Source: an uncultured Candidatus Rokubacteria bacterium
GTDB taxonomy: Bacteria > Methylomirabilota > Methylomirabilia > Rokubacteriales > CSP1-6
DNA length: 64,000 nt
NCBI GenBank assembly: GCA_963789955.1
Contig: CAWBMV010000022.1
Span: 288,001-352,000 of the forward strand
Reading direction: 5' to 3'
Position 1 is the stretch's first letter. Each line of letters begins with the position of its first letter. Positions 20,360 to 30,120 of this stretch are shown piece after piece. The notes under the pieces are model-generated. The model saw only the letters and a list, made by a program, of their open reading frames with translations. It searched no databases and was not told where the DNA came from. A program made the translations under genes and the position numbers.

Positions 20360-20987
20360 CTAGCGCAGGGGCGAGAACGCCGCCGGGATCAGCATCTTGT
20401 TCTCTTGTCTGATCGGCCGGACGCCGGACTGCGGCGGCCACTGACCGCCCTTGCGCGACTCTTCGCGGATGCGCGTGCGCTCGTTCGAATCCTTGTAGGG
20501 CCACACGTGCACGAACTTGTTGAGGCCGCCGAGCTCGCTCGTCCAGCACGCCGCCAGCGGCGAGAGCTTCTCGCGGATCGGTACGGCCTTGCCCCATGCC
20601 TCGAGCACAGCCGGCAGATCGCCGGGCGAGTAGGTGTAGATGCGCATCTCGTAGAAGTTGCCGGTGCCGAAGTCGCGGCTGCCGAGCGGCTGCATGAAGG
20701 GCGCCGGGATCATGATGTCGGCCTGCTGCTCGACGATCAGATCGCGCCCGCCCGGCAGCTGCCTGCAGCGCCGCGTCCTTCGCCATCGCGTCGCGCACCG
20801 CGGTGCGGTGCTTCAGGTCTTCGTACGGCCACACGTGGACGACCTGGTTGAGCGGGCCGAAGTCGGTGTGCCAGAAGGCGCCGAGCGCCGAGTGCTTCTC
20901 GCGGAGCGGCTTGCGCTTGGCGAAGCGATCCTCGAACTCGGCCACGGCTCCGGTGCGCAGGGTGTAGGTGCGAACTTCGTAAATCAT
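20360..20987 (-). CDS. NIPSNAP family protein (two domains), frameshift near 20760
   Basis: MIYEVRTYTL...WHTDFGPLNQVVHVWPY and FYEMRIYTY...SELGGLNKFVHVWPY...LIPAAFSPLR. Confidence 0.88.
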
Positions 20988-21013
20988 GGATGCTCTCCTT
21001 TTGCCTTTAGCGG

Positions 21014-22071
21014 CTACGGCCTGAAGACGGCGAACACTTTGTTGGAGTTCGAGATCCACGACTCCAGGAACACGGACTCGTCGGGCTTGCGGCGCAGCTC
21101 GGCCATCGCGCCGGCGAGGCAGAACCAGTTCAGGAGCTCGTGATGGCCGCGATCCTCGGCCTCGGTGATCGTGGTGGTGCGCCACGGTCGCCCAGTCGCC
21201 ATCGCGCAGGGCCTCGTAGTAGCGCTGGTCCGACTCGACGTCCGGGAACATCAGCGCGTTCTTCTCGACCAGGAACGAATGGCTCCAGCTCGACGAGGCG
21301 ATCACGGCGACCCGCCAGGGGCTCGCGGTCAGCGCGCGGGCGATGGCGCCACCGACCTGGAAGCAGCGCCACGGCTGGGGGCCCGGCGGATCGAGCTCGG
21401 TCTGGCTCGCGAGCTTCGCGGCTTGCGACGGCGTCATCGGCGCGCCGTGGGCCCCGATCAGCCAGCGGCCGTACGAGTTCACGGAGAACGGCACGACCGG
21501 GTAGGGGAAGCCCTTCCGGTCCATGTCCAGGTACAGGACGGAATTCACGAACGCGTGGCCGAGCGGGTGATGCAGCGGCTTGTAGGCATAGGCGACGTCG
21601 ACCCCGTCGCCGAGTAGTGCTGCGGCCAGATACTTCGCGCCCGCGCGATGGCCGGTGATCGTGAACGTCTTGTCCTTCGGCTCGTCCCACCAGTTCTCGC
21701 CGCGGTGAGCCTTCCAGGGCTGAACGTCGACCGAGTCGTAGGCGAGGATCGAGAACGGCGGCACGCAGTCCTCGCGGAAGTTCTCGTACTGGTCGTCGCC
21801 CCAGAGCAGGACGAAATCCGGCTCGAAGGCATCGAGCTCGGCGCGGATCTTTCGGAAGTGATGGATCAGATCGTTGCGGTGCTTGTCGGAGTGGCCTCGC
21901 GCCCTCGTCGGTGCTCCATTGCTCCCGCATCGTCGGATGCCAGCCTTCCGGCGTGCGCAGACGTTCCGGCAGCATTGGATCCGCGACCAGGAGCTTGATG
22001 CGGCCTGTCATGTTGCCCTTGTAGGAGAGCGGGGGGTAGTGCGTGATGCCGAGGCCGAGTATCTGCCCCAT
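21014..22071 (-). CDS. LigB-like (class III) extradiol ring-cleavage dioxygenase, frameshifted
   Basis: MGQILGLGITHYP, WGDDQYENF, LGHAFVNSVLYLD, VIASSSWSH, GHHELLNW. Confidence 0.8.
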
Positions 22072-22083
22072 GAATTCTCCTCT

Positions 22084-22422
22084 TCAGTCCGCCAGCGGGA
22101 TGGTGACCGACAGTCGCGGCTGAGTGCCGACCACGCGCGTGGTGTGGCCGCGCCCGGTGAGATCCTCGGCGAGCGTCACGTGGCCGGGCCCATAGCGATG
22201 CACGCTGCCGTCACCGAGACCGATCTCGACTTCGCCGGCCAACGTGATGACGAACTGGCGGCGCGGCGCGTTGTGCCAGTCGGAGAAGTGGCCGGGCTTC
22301 GTCGTCCTGAAGACGATGCCCTTGGTCGCTTGCATGGTCGTCAGCTCCGGGTGCGTGGCGAGATCCAGCTCTTCGATGTGGGTCTGGCCGTCTTTCCCGG
22401 TATAGAGGCGAATCATGTTCAT
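22084..22422 (-). CDS. Small cupin-fold protein
   Basis: RLYTGKDGQTH...DWHNAPRRQFVITLAGEVEI...LAEDLTGRGH. Confidence 0.8.
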   Translation of the reverse strand: MNMIRLYTGKDGQTHIEELDLATHPELTTMQATKGIVFRTTKPGHFSDWHNAPRRQFVITLAGEVEIGLGDGSVHRYGPGHVTLAEDLTGRGHTTRVVGTQPRLSVTIPLAD

Positions 22423-22436
22423 GTCCAAGACTCTCC

Positions 22437-23468
22437 CTAAGGTACGCGCAGGACCAGCTTGCCGAAGAAGTCGCGCCCGGTCATGACCTCGTGCGCCCGG
22501 CCGGCCTCGGCCAGGTCGAACGTCTGTCCCACCACGCCGCGCAGGCCGCCGTAGTGGGCCGAGTGCATCATCGCCGCGAAGCTGCGCCGGCTCCGTGCCC
22601 CGCTGCCCATCAAGGTGAGCGGCCGGCTCTGCAGCACCGAGAGATTGAACGGGATCTGGCTCCCCGCGGTCGTGCCGGTGATGACGAGCCGGCCGCCGGG
22701 CTTGAGGCTCGCGCAGCTCTCGTCCCAGACGCTCGCGCCGACGCAGTCGAATACCACGTCGACTCCGCGGCCGCCGGTGAGCTCCTTGACGCGCTGGCTG
22801 AACTTGGGCGTGGTCGTGTAGTTGATGACCTCGTCCGCGCCGAGCTCCTTGGCCTTCGCGAGCTTCCAGTCGCTGCCGGCCGTGACGATCGCCCGGGCGC
22901 CGATGCCCTTGGCCATCAGGAGCCCGAAGCTGCCGACGCCGCTGCCGACCGCCTGGATCAGGATGTCCTCGCCCTGCTGGAGCTGCACGCGCTCGAACAA
23001 GCAGTGCCAGGCGGTGTGACCCGCGAGCGGAAACGTCGACGCTTCCTCGAACGCCATGCGGTCGGGGATTCGCTGGAGGTTCGCCGCCGGCACCTTGCAG
23101 TACTGCGCGTGGCCGCCGTCGAGCTCGCCGCCGAGGCGCTTCTGGCGCTCGCAGAACTCGTCGCGCCCGAGCACGCACGGCGAGCAGACGCCGCACTTGA
23201 CGCGGTTCTCGACGACGACCCGGTCGCCCTCTTTCCATCCCGTCACGCCGGGTCCCAGACGCGCGATCTCGCCGGCGATGTCGAGCCCGAGGATGCGCGG
23301 CAGCCCGCCCGTGGGGGATTTGCCGGCGCGAAGGGCGAGGTCGGCGTGGTTCACCGACGTGGCTCGCACGCGGACGACGACTTCGCCGGCGCCGGCCTCG
23401 GGGTCAGGACGGTCGCCGAAGATCAGCTTCTCCGGGCCTCCGGGCTCCGCGATGTAGACGGCTTTCAT
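22437..23468 (-). CDS. Zinc-binding alcohol dehydrogenase / MDR family oxidoreductase
   Basis: MKAVYIAEPGGPE, ILGLDIAG, structural Zn CGVCSPCVLGRDEFC, GSGVG, GRGVDVVFDCVG. Confidence 0.9.
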   Translation of the reverse strand: MKAVYIAEPGGPEKLIFGDRPDPEAGAGEVVVRVRATSVNHADLALRAGKSPTGGLPRILGLDIAGEIARLGPGVTGWKEGDRVVVENRVKCGVCSPCVLGRDEFCERQKRLGGELDGGHAQYCKVPAANLQRIPDRMAFEEASTFPLAGHTAWHCLFERVQLQQGEDILIQAVGSGVGSFGLLMAKGIGARAIVTAGSDWKLAKAKELGADEVINYTTTPKFSQRVKELTGGRGVDVVFDCVGASVWDESCASLKPGGRLVITGTTAGSQIPFNLSVLQSRPLTLMGSGARSRRSFAAMMHSAHYGGLRGVVGQTFDLAEAGRAHEVMTGRDFFGKLVLRVP

Positions 23469-24505
23469 CGGAAGATGGCCTGGCACTTCGGCGCGTTGAA
23501 GATCCAGGTCTCCACCCAGTCGACCAGCTCCATCTTGGCGCCGAGCTCGGCCATCGCGCCGGCCAGGCACACCCAGTTCAGGACCTCGTGCTGGCCGGAT
23601 GCTTCGAGCCGCTCGAGCGGCAGGTCGCGCCACGTGTCGTAGTCGCCCGCGCGCAGGTGCTCGAGCAGCACGCGATCGGCCTCGAGGTCGGGATAGAGGA
23701 AGTGAGTCTTGGCGGTCAGAAACGCGTGCGACCAGCTCGACGACGCCATGAGCACGACACGCCATGGGCTCTCGCGCAAGATGCGCGCGGTGAGGCGGCC
23801 GAGCTCGAAGCAGCGGCGCGGTGACGGCGCGGGGGGATCGGCTTCCTCCGCGTGCTGCGTGCCGCCGCCCTGGTAGCGGATCACGTCGCGGCCGTAGCAG
23901 TTGACGGTGACCGGCAGCACCGGATACGAGAATCCCTGACGGTCGAGATCGAGGTAGAGCAAGGTGTTCGCGAACGCGTGCGCCACGCCGTCGCCGTGCA
24001 GCGGGCGGTAGGCGTACGCCATGTCCACGCCCGACTCCAGCAGCCGGCTGACGAGCAGGCGCCCGGCGGCGGGCTGACCCGGCCAGGTGAACGCCTTGTC
24101 GCTCGGCTCACCCCAGATGTTCGGCCGGTTACCGAGCCGCTTGAACGGTTGAAACGTGAGCGTGTCGTAGGCCAGCACGCAGAACGGCGGGATCACGTCC
24201 TCGCGGAAGTTCTCGTACTGGTCGTCGCCCCACATCAGGATGAAGTCGGGGCGGAACGCGGCGATCTCGTCTCTGAGGGTCCGGAACGCGGTGAACACCC
24301 GCTCGCGGTGAGCCTTGAACGAGGTGATGCCTTCGTCGTGGCCCCACTCCGCGCGCATCGGCTCGGGCCAGCTCGCGGGATCGCGCAGATGCGCCGGAAT
24401 GCGCGGATCGGTGTGGAGCATCCGCGCCAGCGGCCAGGGCTTGTACTCCTCGGGCACCATTCCAGGAGGATAGTGGGTCGTCCCGACTCCAAGGATGTCT
24501 CCCAT
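23465..24505 (-). CDS. LigB-like (class III) extradiol ring-cleavage dioxygenase (paralog of 21014..22071)
   Basis: MGDILGVGTTHYP, WGDDQYENF, HAFANTLLYLD, MASSSWSH, GQHEVLNW. Confidence 0.85.
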   Translation of the reverse strand: MGDILGVGTTHYPPGMVPEEYKPWPLARMLHTDPRIPAHLRDPASWPEPMRAEWGHDEGITSFKAHRERVFTAFRTLRDEIAAFRPDFILMWGDDQYENFREDVIPPFCVLAYDTLTFQPFKRLGNRPNIWGEPSDKAFTWPGQPAAGRLLVSRLLESGVDMAYAYRPLHGDGVAHAFANTLLYLDLDRQGFSYPVLPVTVNCYGRDVIRYQGGGTQHAEEADPPAPSPRRCFELGRLTARILRESPWRVVLMASSSWSHAFLTAKTHFLYPDLEADRVLLEHLRAGDYDTWRDLPLERLEASGQHEVLNWVCLAGAMAELGAKMELVDWVETWIFNAPKCQAIFR

Positions 24506-24546
24506 ACCCCCTCCTTACGTGCGGGAGGATCGCACATCCGGTGCGC

Positions 24547-24800
24547 CTAGTCGATCACGTGCTCCGCACGCAACAGGAGCGACGGCGGAATCGAGAGGCC
24601 CAGCGTCCTGGCGGCCTTGCGGCTGATGGCCAGCTCGAACTTCGTGGGCTGCTCGACCGGAAGGTCGCCCGGTTTCGCACCCTTGAGGATCCGATCGACG
24701 TACGTGGCCGCTCGCTGATAGAGGTCAGGATCGCTCGCTCCGTAGCGAGCAGTCCTCCGACGTCCACGTACTCCTTGGTCGCAAAAATCGACGGCAGCCT
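24547..24800 (-). pseudogene. C-terminal remnant of an ABC_sub_bind substrate-binding protein
   Basis: RLPSIFATKEYVDVGGL / GASDPDLYQRAATYVDRILKGAKPGDLPVEQPTKFELAISRKAARTLGLSIPPSLLLRAEHVID*; no N-terminal part or start codon. Confidence 0.75.
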
Positions 24801-24810
24801 GCGGGAACGA

Positions 24811-25995
24811 TCAGATGACGGCGCGCTTCGCCAGATCGGCGATTTGTTCCTTCGTATAGCCCAGCCCTGTCAGGATCTCCTCGTTGGCCTCACCGAGCTC
24901 GGGCGCCGCGCTTCGCAGCGGCAGGCGCTTCTCGCCGTGCGAGACCGGGTGACCGAGGATCGTGAGGTCGCCGAGCACCGGCGAGTGGACGGGCTGGGCC
25001 ATCGCCAGATGCTGTACCTGCGGGTCGGCGAAGGACTCGTCGATCTTGTAGATCGGCCCGCAGGGCACGCCCGCGTCGTTCATGAGCTTGATCCACTCGG
25101 CGCTGGTCTTCAGCCGCGTCACCGGCATGATGACTTCCATGATCGTGTCGCGGTTCGTCGAACGCGCCTTCGAGGTCGAAAAGCGCGGGTCGGTCATTAA
25201 GTCTGGCCGCTCGATCGCGCGACAGAACCGCCCGTAGATGTCGTCGCCGGCGGCGGCGATGTTGATGTGTCCGTCCTTCGTCTCGAAGACACCGGTAGGA
25301 ATGCCGGTCGGATGATTGTTGCCGGCCTGCGGCGGTACCTCGTGGCTCATCAGCCATCGCGAGGCCTGGAAGTCGAGCATCGAGAGCATCGCCTCCAGCA
25401 ACGACGTGTGGACCCACTTGCCCTCGCCGGTGGTCTGCCGCTCGATCAACGCCACCAGGATGCCCTGAGCGAGGAAGATGCCCGAGCAGAGGTCGGCGAT
25501 CGGGATGCCGACGCGCACGGGCCCCTGTCCCGGAATGCCCGTGATCGACATCAGGCCGCCCATGCCCTGCGCGATCTGGTCGACCCCCGGGCGGTCGCGG
25601 TACGGCCCGCTCTGGCCGAAGCCGGAGATGCTGCCGTAGATCAGGCGGGGGTTGATCGCCCGCAAGGTCTTGTAGTCGATGCCTAGACGCTCTTTCACGC
25701 CCGGGCGATAGTTCTCGACGACGATGTCGGCATCGCGCGCGAGCTTCTTGAAGATCGCTACCCCCTCAGGATCTCTGAGGTTGAGCGTCATGCTCCGCTT
25801 GTTGCGGTGGAGATTCTGGAAATCGAAGCCGTGCCGATTGCCGCCCATGCCGTCGCCCGTGCGCCCGCCGGGCATCTCGATCTTGATGGCCTGGGCGCCC
25901 CAGTCGACGAGCTGCCGCACGCACGTGGGACCGGCCCGGGCGCGCGTGAGGTCGAGGACCTTGAACTGGGCCAGGGGGAACGAGTTGGTCGTCAT
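24811..25995 (-). CDS. CoA-transferase family III (CaiB/BaiF)
   Basis: VLDLTRARAGP, NLHRNKRSMTLNL, ADIVVENYRPG, SISGFGQSGPY, DQIAQGMGGLMSITG. Confidence 0.92.
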   Translation of the reverse strand: MTTNSFPLAQFKVLDLTRARAGPTCVRQLVDWGAQAIKIEMPGGRTGDGMGGNRHGFDFQNLHRNKRSMTLNLRDPEGVAIFKKLARDADIVVENYRPGVKERLGIDYKTLRAINPRLIYGSISGFGQSGPYRDRPGVDQIAQGMGGLMSITGIPGQGPVRVGIPIADLCSGIFLAQGILVALIERQTTGEGKWVHTSLLEAMLSMLDFQASRWLMSHEVPPQAGNNHPTGIPTGVFETKDGHINIAAAGDDIYGRFCRAIERPDLMTDPRFSTSKARSTNRDTIMEVIMPVTRLKTSAEWIKLMNDAGVPCGPIYKIDESFADPQVQHLAMAQPVHSPVLGDLTILGHPVSHGEKRLPLRSAAPELGEANEEILTGLGYTKEQIADLAKRAVI

Positions 25996-26025
25996 GGTGG
26001 CGGTATCATACCGTAGAATCGCCTC
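25996..26025. promoter_or_regulatory. Back-to-back -10 elements for divergent, probably leaderless transcripts, overlapping a palindrome
   Basis: TAGAAT (26014-26019, +) 6 nt before ATG 26026; TATGAT (26010-26005, -) 9 nt before ATG 25995; palindrome CGGTAT-C-ATACCG at 26001-26013. Confidence 0.5.
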
Positions 26026-26775
26026 ATGCCCAGAGACGCGACGCCCCCCAAGCTCGAGATCGTGACGGAAATTCCCGGCAAGGCGATGGTCATCTTCGCG
26101 CATCCCGACGATGCGGAGATCGGCTCCGGCGGCGTCGTGGCCAAATGGGCGGCCGCGGGGTGCGAGGTGACCTACGTGCTCTGCACCAACGGCGCCGCCG
26201 GCACCGCAGACCGCTGGTTGACGCCGGCCGCACTCGCGAACAAGCGAGCCGACGAGCAGCGCGCCGCCGCGGATTTCATGGGCGTGCGGCATGTCGTCAT
26301 GCTTGGCTACCCCGACGGCGAGCTCGAGGACACGCGCGAGTTTCTCGGCGACGTCGTGCGGGCGATTCGCCGCTATCAACCGCACACCGTCTTCGTTCAC
26401 GATCCATACCGCATCCGCGGATTCCAGCACCGTGACCATCGCAAGGCCGGCATCACGGCGACCGACGCCGTCTATCCGTTCGCCCGCGACCATCTGCATT
26501 TTCCCGAGCAGGTCACGCGGGACGGGCTCGAGCCTCACAAGGTGCGCGAGCTCTGGTACTGGGGCGCCGACGAGCCCGACGTGATCGTCGACGTCACCGA
26601 GTCGATCGATCTGCAGATCGCCGGATTGATTCGTCACGAGAGCCAGGTGCCCGGCTTCAACGTGCCGGAGGGCCACACGATCGGCGACCGCGTGAAGAAG
26701 AACGCTGCCGAGCACGCCGAGGGCTACGGGTTCCAGTACGGCGCAGTTTTCCGACGCCTCGTCGCACGGAGGTAA
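26026..26775 (+). CDS. PIG-L family deacetylase
   Basis: FAHPDDAE, TNGAAG, LGYPDGEL, HRDHR motifs. Confidence 0.9.
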   Translation: MPRDATPPKLEIVTEIPGKAMVIFAHPDDAEIGSGGVVAKWAAAGCEVTYVLCTNGAAGTADRWLTPAALANKRADEQRAAADFMGVRHVVMLGYPDGELEDTREFLGDVVRAIRRYQPHTVFVHDPYRIRGFQHRDHRKAGITATDAVYPFARDHLHFPEQVTRDGLEPHKVRELWYWGADEPDVIVDVTESIDLQIAGLIRHESQVPGFNVPEGHTIGDRVKKNAAEHAEGYGFQYGAVFRRLVARR

Positions 26776-26781
26776 CCACCA

Positions 26782-28371
26782 ATGCCAAGCACGATCGCCC
26801 CGGCCACACTCAAGAGCCTGCTCGAGGGCAAGGAGCCGTTCGCCCTGATCGATGTCAGGGAGGCCGGCGAGTACAACAGCAGCCACATCCCCGGCGCGAG
26901 CTTGATCGCGCGGCGGCAGCTCGAGACCCTGGTGCCGCCGGCCGTGCCGTTCAAGGGAACGCCGATCGTCGTGTGCGACGACGACGGCCGGCGCGCGCGG
27001 CTCGCGGCGGGAACCCTCGAGCGCCTGGGCTATCGCCAGGTGTCGGTGCTCGACGGCGGGATCAACCGCTGGGTCACCGACGGACTCGAGACCGAGTGGG
27101 GGATGAACGTCCCCAGCAAGGACTTCGGCGAGAAGGTCGAGGTGGTGCACCACGTGCCGGAGGTCGAGTGCAAGGACCTCGCGGCGCGCATCCAGAAGGG
27201 CGAGAAGTTCGTCATCCTCGATTCGCGCACGCCCGAAGAGTTCCGGCGCTTCTGCATCCCGGGCGGCCGCAGCGTGCCCGGGGGCGAGCTGGCCCTGCGC
27301 ATCACCGACATCGCCAAGAACATCGATCCCGACACGACGATCATCGTGAACTGCGCCGGCCGCACGCGCAGCATCATCGGCGCGCGCGTGCTGCAGCGCA
27401 TGGGGATTCCCCGGGTGTTCGGCCTGAAGAACGGGACGTCGGGATGGGTGCTCGCCGGGCACAAGCTCGAGACCGGCGCCGATCGCGTGCAGCTGCCCGA
27501 GCCGTCGCCGGCGGGTGTCGCGGCCGCTGAAGCCTACGCCGCGAAGCTGGCGGCGGAAGACGGTGTTCGGTATCTCGATATTCCGGCCTTGAAGGGCGTG
27601 ATAGCCCGTCGCGACCAGGCGACGATCTATTTCGTCGACGTGCGCACCTCCGAGGAGTACGCCGCCGGCCACATCCCGGGCTTCCGCTGGTTCCCGGGGG
27701 GCCAGGCCGTGCAGCGCTCCGACGATCTCGCGGTCGTGAAGAACTGCCAGATCGTGTTCGCGTGCGACCGGAAGGCGCGCGCCACCTTGATCGCGTCGTG
27801 GTATCGACAGATGGGATTCCGCGAGGTGTTCGCCGTCGACGGCGGCACCGGCGCGTGGGCGGCGAGCGGCGGCGCGCTCGAGACGGGGATGCCGGAGGAG
27901 ATTCCCGCCGGCTATCAGGAGGCCCGCGCAAAGGTGAAGGCGATCTCGCCGCGTGATCTGCAGGCCGCCCCACCGGCGGCCGTGATCTTCGTCGATACGA
28001 GCCAGGACTTCTCGCGTGGCCACGTACCCGGCGCCCGCTGGGTGCCTCGGGGGTGGATGGAGCTCTGGATCGGCGACGTCGTGCCGTCGAAGACCGCGTC
28101 GCTCGTGGTCACGTGCGCCGACGGCCGCGGCTCGGCGCTCGCCGCGGTCACCCTCGGAGAGCTCGGTTACCAGAACGTGTCGATGCTCGACGGCGGCATG
28201 GTCGCCTGGCAGAAGGCCGGCCTGCCGATCGAGAAGGGGCTCGCCGGCGTGATGGCGCCGCCCACCGACGTCGTGCCGGCGGGACCGGATCGGAACTACG
28301 CCGACATGCAGAACTACCTCAGGTGGGAAGAGGCGCTCGGGCACAAGTACGCGCCGGGGCAGCCGGCGTAG
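26782..28371 (+). CDS. Four-domain rhodanese-related sulfurtransferase
   Basis: Four repeats of D(V/S/T)x...E/DY/F...H/CIPG...L.GG...W; active loop VNCAGRTRS in domain 2. Confidence 0.88.
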   Translation: MPSTIAPATLKSLLEGKEPFALIDVREAGEYNSSHIPGASLIARRQLETLVPPAVPFKGTPIVVCDDDGRRARLAAGTLERLGYRQVSVLDGGINRWVTDGLETEWGMNVPSKDFGEKVEVVHHVPEVECKDLAARIQKGEKFVILDSRTPEEFRRFCIPGGRSVPGGELALRITDIAKNIDPDTTIIVNCAGRTRSIIGARVLQRMGIPRVFGLKNGTSGWVLAGHKLETGADRVQLPEPSPAGVAAAEAYAAKLAAEDGVRYLDIPALKGVIARRDQATIYFVDVRTSEEYAAGHIPGFRWFPGGQAVQRSDDLAVVKNCQIVFACDRKARATLIASWYRQMGFREVFAVDGGTGAWAASGGALETGMPEEIPAGYQEARAKVKAISPRDLQAAPPAAVIFVDTSQDFSRGHVPGARWVPRGWMELWIGDVVPSKTASLVVTCADGRGSALAAVTLGELGYQNVSMLDGGMVAWQKAGLPIEKGLAGVMAPPTDVVPAGPDRNYADMQNYLRWEEALGHKYAPGQPA

Positions 28372-28379
28372 CGAGCGGG

Positions 28380-29135
28380 ATCACGGTCGGCACCGTCCGG
28401 CTCTACCTCGAGTCCGACCACGGCTTCGAGGCCGAGGCGCGCGTGGTCGCGGTGAACGATCGCGCGCTCGCGTTCGACCGCACCTGCTTCTATCCCGGCG
28501 GCGGCGGCCAGCCGCCCGACGACGGAACGGTGCGGGTCGGTGACGGCGAGCCGCTCGAGATCGTCTCCGCATACGCCGACATCGACGAGATCGTCTGGCA
28601 CGCCACCGCGTCGTCGCTGTCGCCGGATCTCGTCGGCCGGCCCGCCAGGCTCGCGGTGAACCGGGCCCGCCGGCTCGTGCTCACGCGCTATCACACGGTG
28701 TTGCACGTCCTCAACACGATCGCGCTCCGTGACTATGGGGGCTGGATCACCGGCGTGCAGATCGGCGTCGATCAATCGCGGATCGACTTCAAGCTGGATG
28801 CGCTGTCCGCCGCGCTGTGCGCGGAGCTCGAGGGCAAGGTCAACGCGGTGCTCGCCGGCCACCATGTGGTGAGGGCGTACGACATCGCGGAAGACGAGTT
28901 CCGCGCTCGCGGTGACCTGCTCCGAACGCTCGACGCCCGGCCGCCGATCTCCAGCGGTCGGGTCCGCGTCGTCGAGATCGCGGGATTCGACGCGCAGGCG
29001 TGCGGCGGCACGCACGTGGCCACGACGGCGGACGTCGGACGCTTCGCGATCGTCCGGACCGAGAACAAGGGCAAGATCAACAAACGACTCTATGTGCGGC
29101 TCGACGACCCCGCGTCGCGGGCCGAGGGGAGGTAG
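28380..29135 (+). CDS. alaX: AlaX-type alanyl-tRNA editing protein (start codon not evident)
   Basis: DRTCFYPGGGGQPPD, YHTVLH (HxxxH), RIDF, RVVEIAGFDAQACGGTHV (CxxxH), ENKGKINKR. Confidence 0.82.
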   Translation: MTVGTVRLYLESDHGFEAEARVVAVNDRALAFDRTCFYPGGGGQPPDDGTVRVGDGEPLEIVSAYADIDEIVWHATASSLSPDLVGRPARLAVNRARRLVLTRYHTVLHVLNTIALRDYGGWITGVQIGVDQSRIDFKLDALSAALCAELEGKVNAVLAGHHVVRAYDIAEDEFRARGDLLRTLDARPPISSGRVRVVEIAGFDAQACGGTHVATTADVGRFAIVRTENKGKINKRLYVRLDDPASRAEGR

Positions 29136-29137
29136 CG

Positions 29138-30085
29138 ATGGCTGTCGAGTTCGGTGTTCTGATCCCGACGCGCGAGGCCGTCATGTCCGGCCATCCGGAG
29201 ACGGCGCCGCTGCTGACGATGGCCGAGCGCGCCGAGGCCGCGGGCTTCGACTCCGTCTGGATCGGCGACTCGCTGATCGCGCGGCCGCGTCACGAGCCGC
29301 TGACCTTGATGGCCGCGATCGCCGGCCGCACGCGGCGCGTGCGCCTGGGCACCGGCGTGCTCCTGCCGGCGCTGCGCAATCCGGTCGTGCTGGCGCACAT
29401 CGTCGGCACGCTCGATCGAGCCGCGGAGGGCCGTGTCATCCTGGGCGTCGGCTTCGCCGCGGACAATCCGTCGATCCGAAAAGAGTTCGCCGCCGCCGGC
29501 GTGCCGTTCGAGCGCCGGATCGGCCGATTCCTCGAGACGATCGAGATCTGTCGGGCCCTCTGGCGCCGGGACCACGTGAGCTTCTCGGGCAAGCACTTCA
29601 CGCTCGACGACGTCACGATGGAGCCGAAGCCGCACCGCCCGGGCGGTCCGCCGATCTGGATCGGCGGCAGCGGCCCGACGGCCCTGCGCGAGGCCGCGCG
29701 CTTCGACGCGTGGTTCCCGACGGGGCCGAGCGTGGAATTCTTCGCCGAGCACTTTCCGGGCGTGCAGAAGGCGGCGCGCGCCGCGGGACGCCCGGCCGAC
29801 GCGGTCGCCGGCGCGGCGTACGTCACCCTTGCGCTCGACGCGAATCGCGCCGCCGCCGAGCAGCGGCTCAACACGTTTCTCGAGACGTACTACGCGGCGC
29901 CGGCGCGAACGATCCTGGCCCGCCAGGCGGCGTACGCGGGGCCGATCGAGGGCTGCGCGGAGTGGCTCCAGCGCTGGATCGACGCCGGCGCGCGTCACTT
30001 CACCTTGCGTTTCGCCGGCGGTGATCAGCTCGCGCAGGTGGACGAGGCGGCGTCGAAGCTTCTGCCGCGGCTCGAGCGCCGCTAG
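29138..30085 (+). CDS. LLM-class flavin-dependent oxidoreductase
   Basis: AEAAGFDSVWIGDS, EPLTLMAAIAGRT, LGTGVLLPALRNP, PKPHRPGGPPIWIGG. Confidence 0.9.
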   Translation: MAVEFGVLIPTREAVMSGHPETAPLLTMAERAEAAGFDSVWIGDSLIARPRHEPLTLMAAIAGRTRRVRLGTGVLLPALRNPVVLAHIVGTLDRAAEGRVILGVGFAADNPSIRKEFAAAGVPFERRIGRFLETIEICRALWRRDHVSFSGKHFTLDDVTMEPKPHRPGGPPIWIGGSGPTALREAARFDAWFPTGPSVEFFAEHFPGVQKAARAAGRPADAVAGAAYVTLALDANRAAAEQRLNTFLETYYAAPARTILARQAAYAGPIEGCAEWLQRWIDAGARHFTLRFAGGDQLAQVDEAASKLLPRLERR

Positions 30086-30120
30086 CCCGAGATGGCCGGC
30101 GCGTCGCCGGCACGGGCGAC

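Noticed and set aside
25996..28344. Apparent N-terminal extension making the CoA-transferase 1177 aa
   Set aside because: It is the antisense of the PIG-L and rhodanese genes; the family motif starts right after ATG 25995
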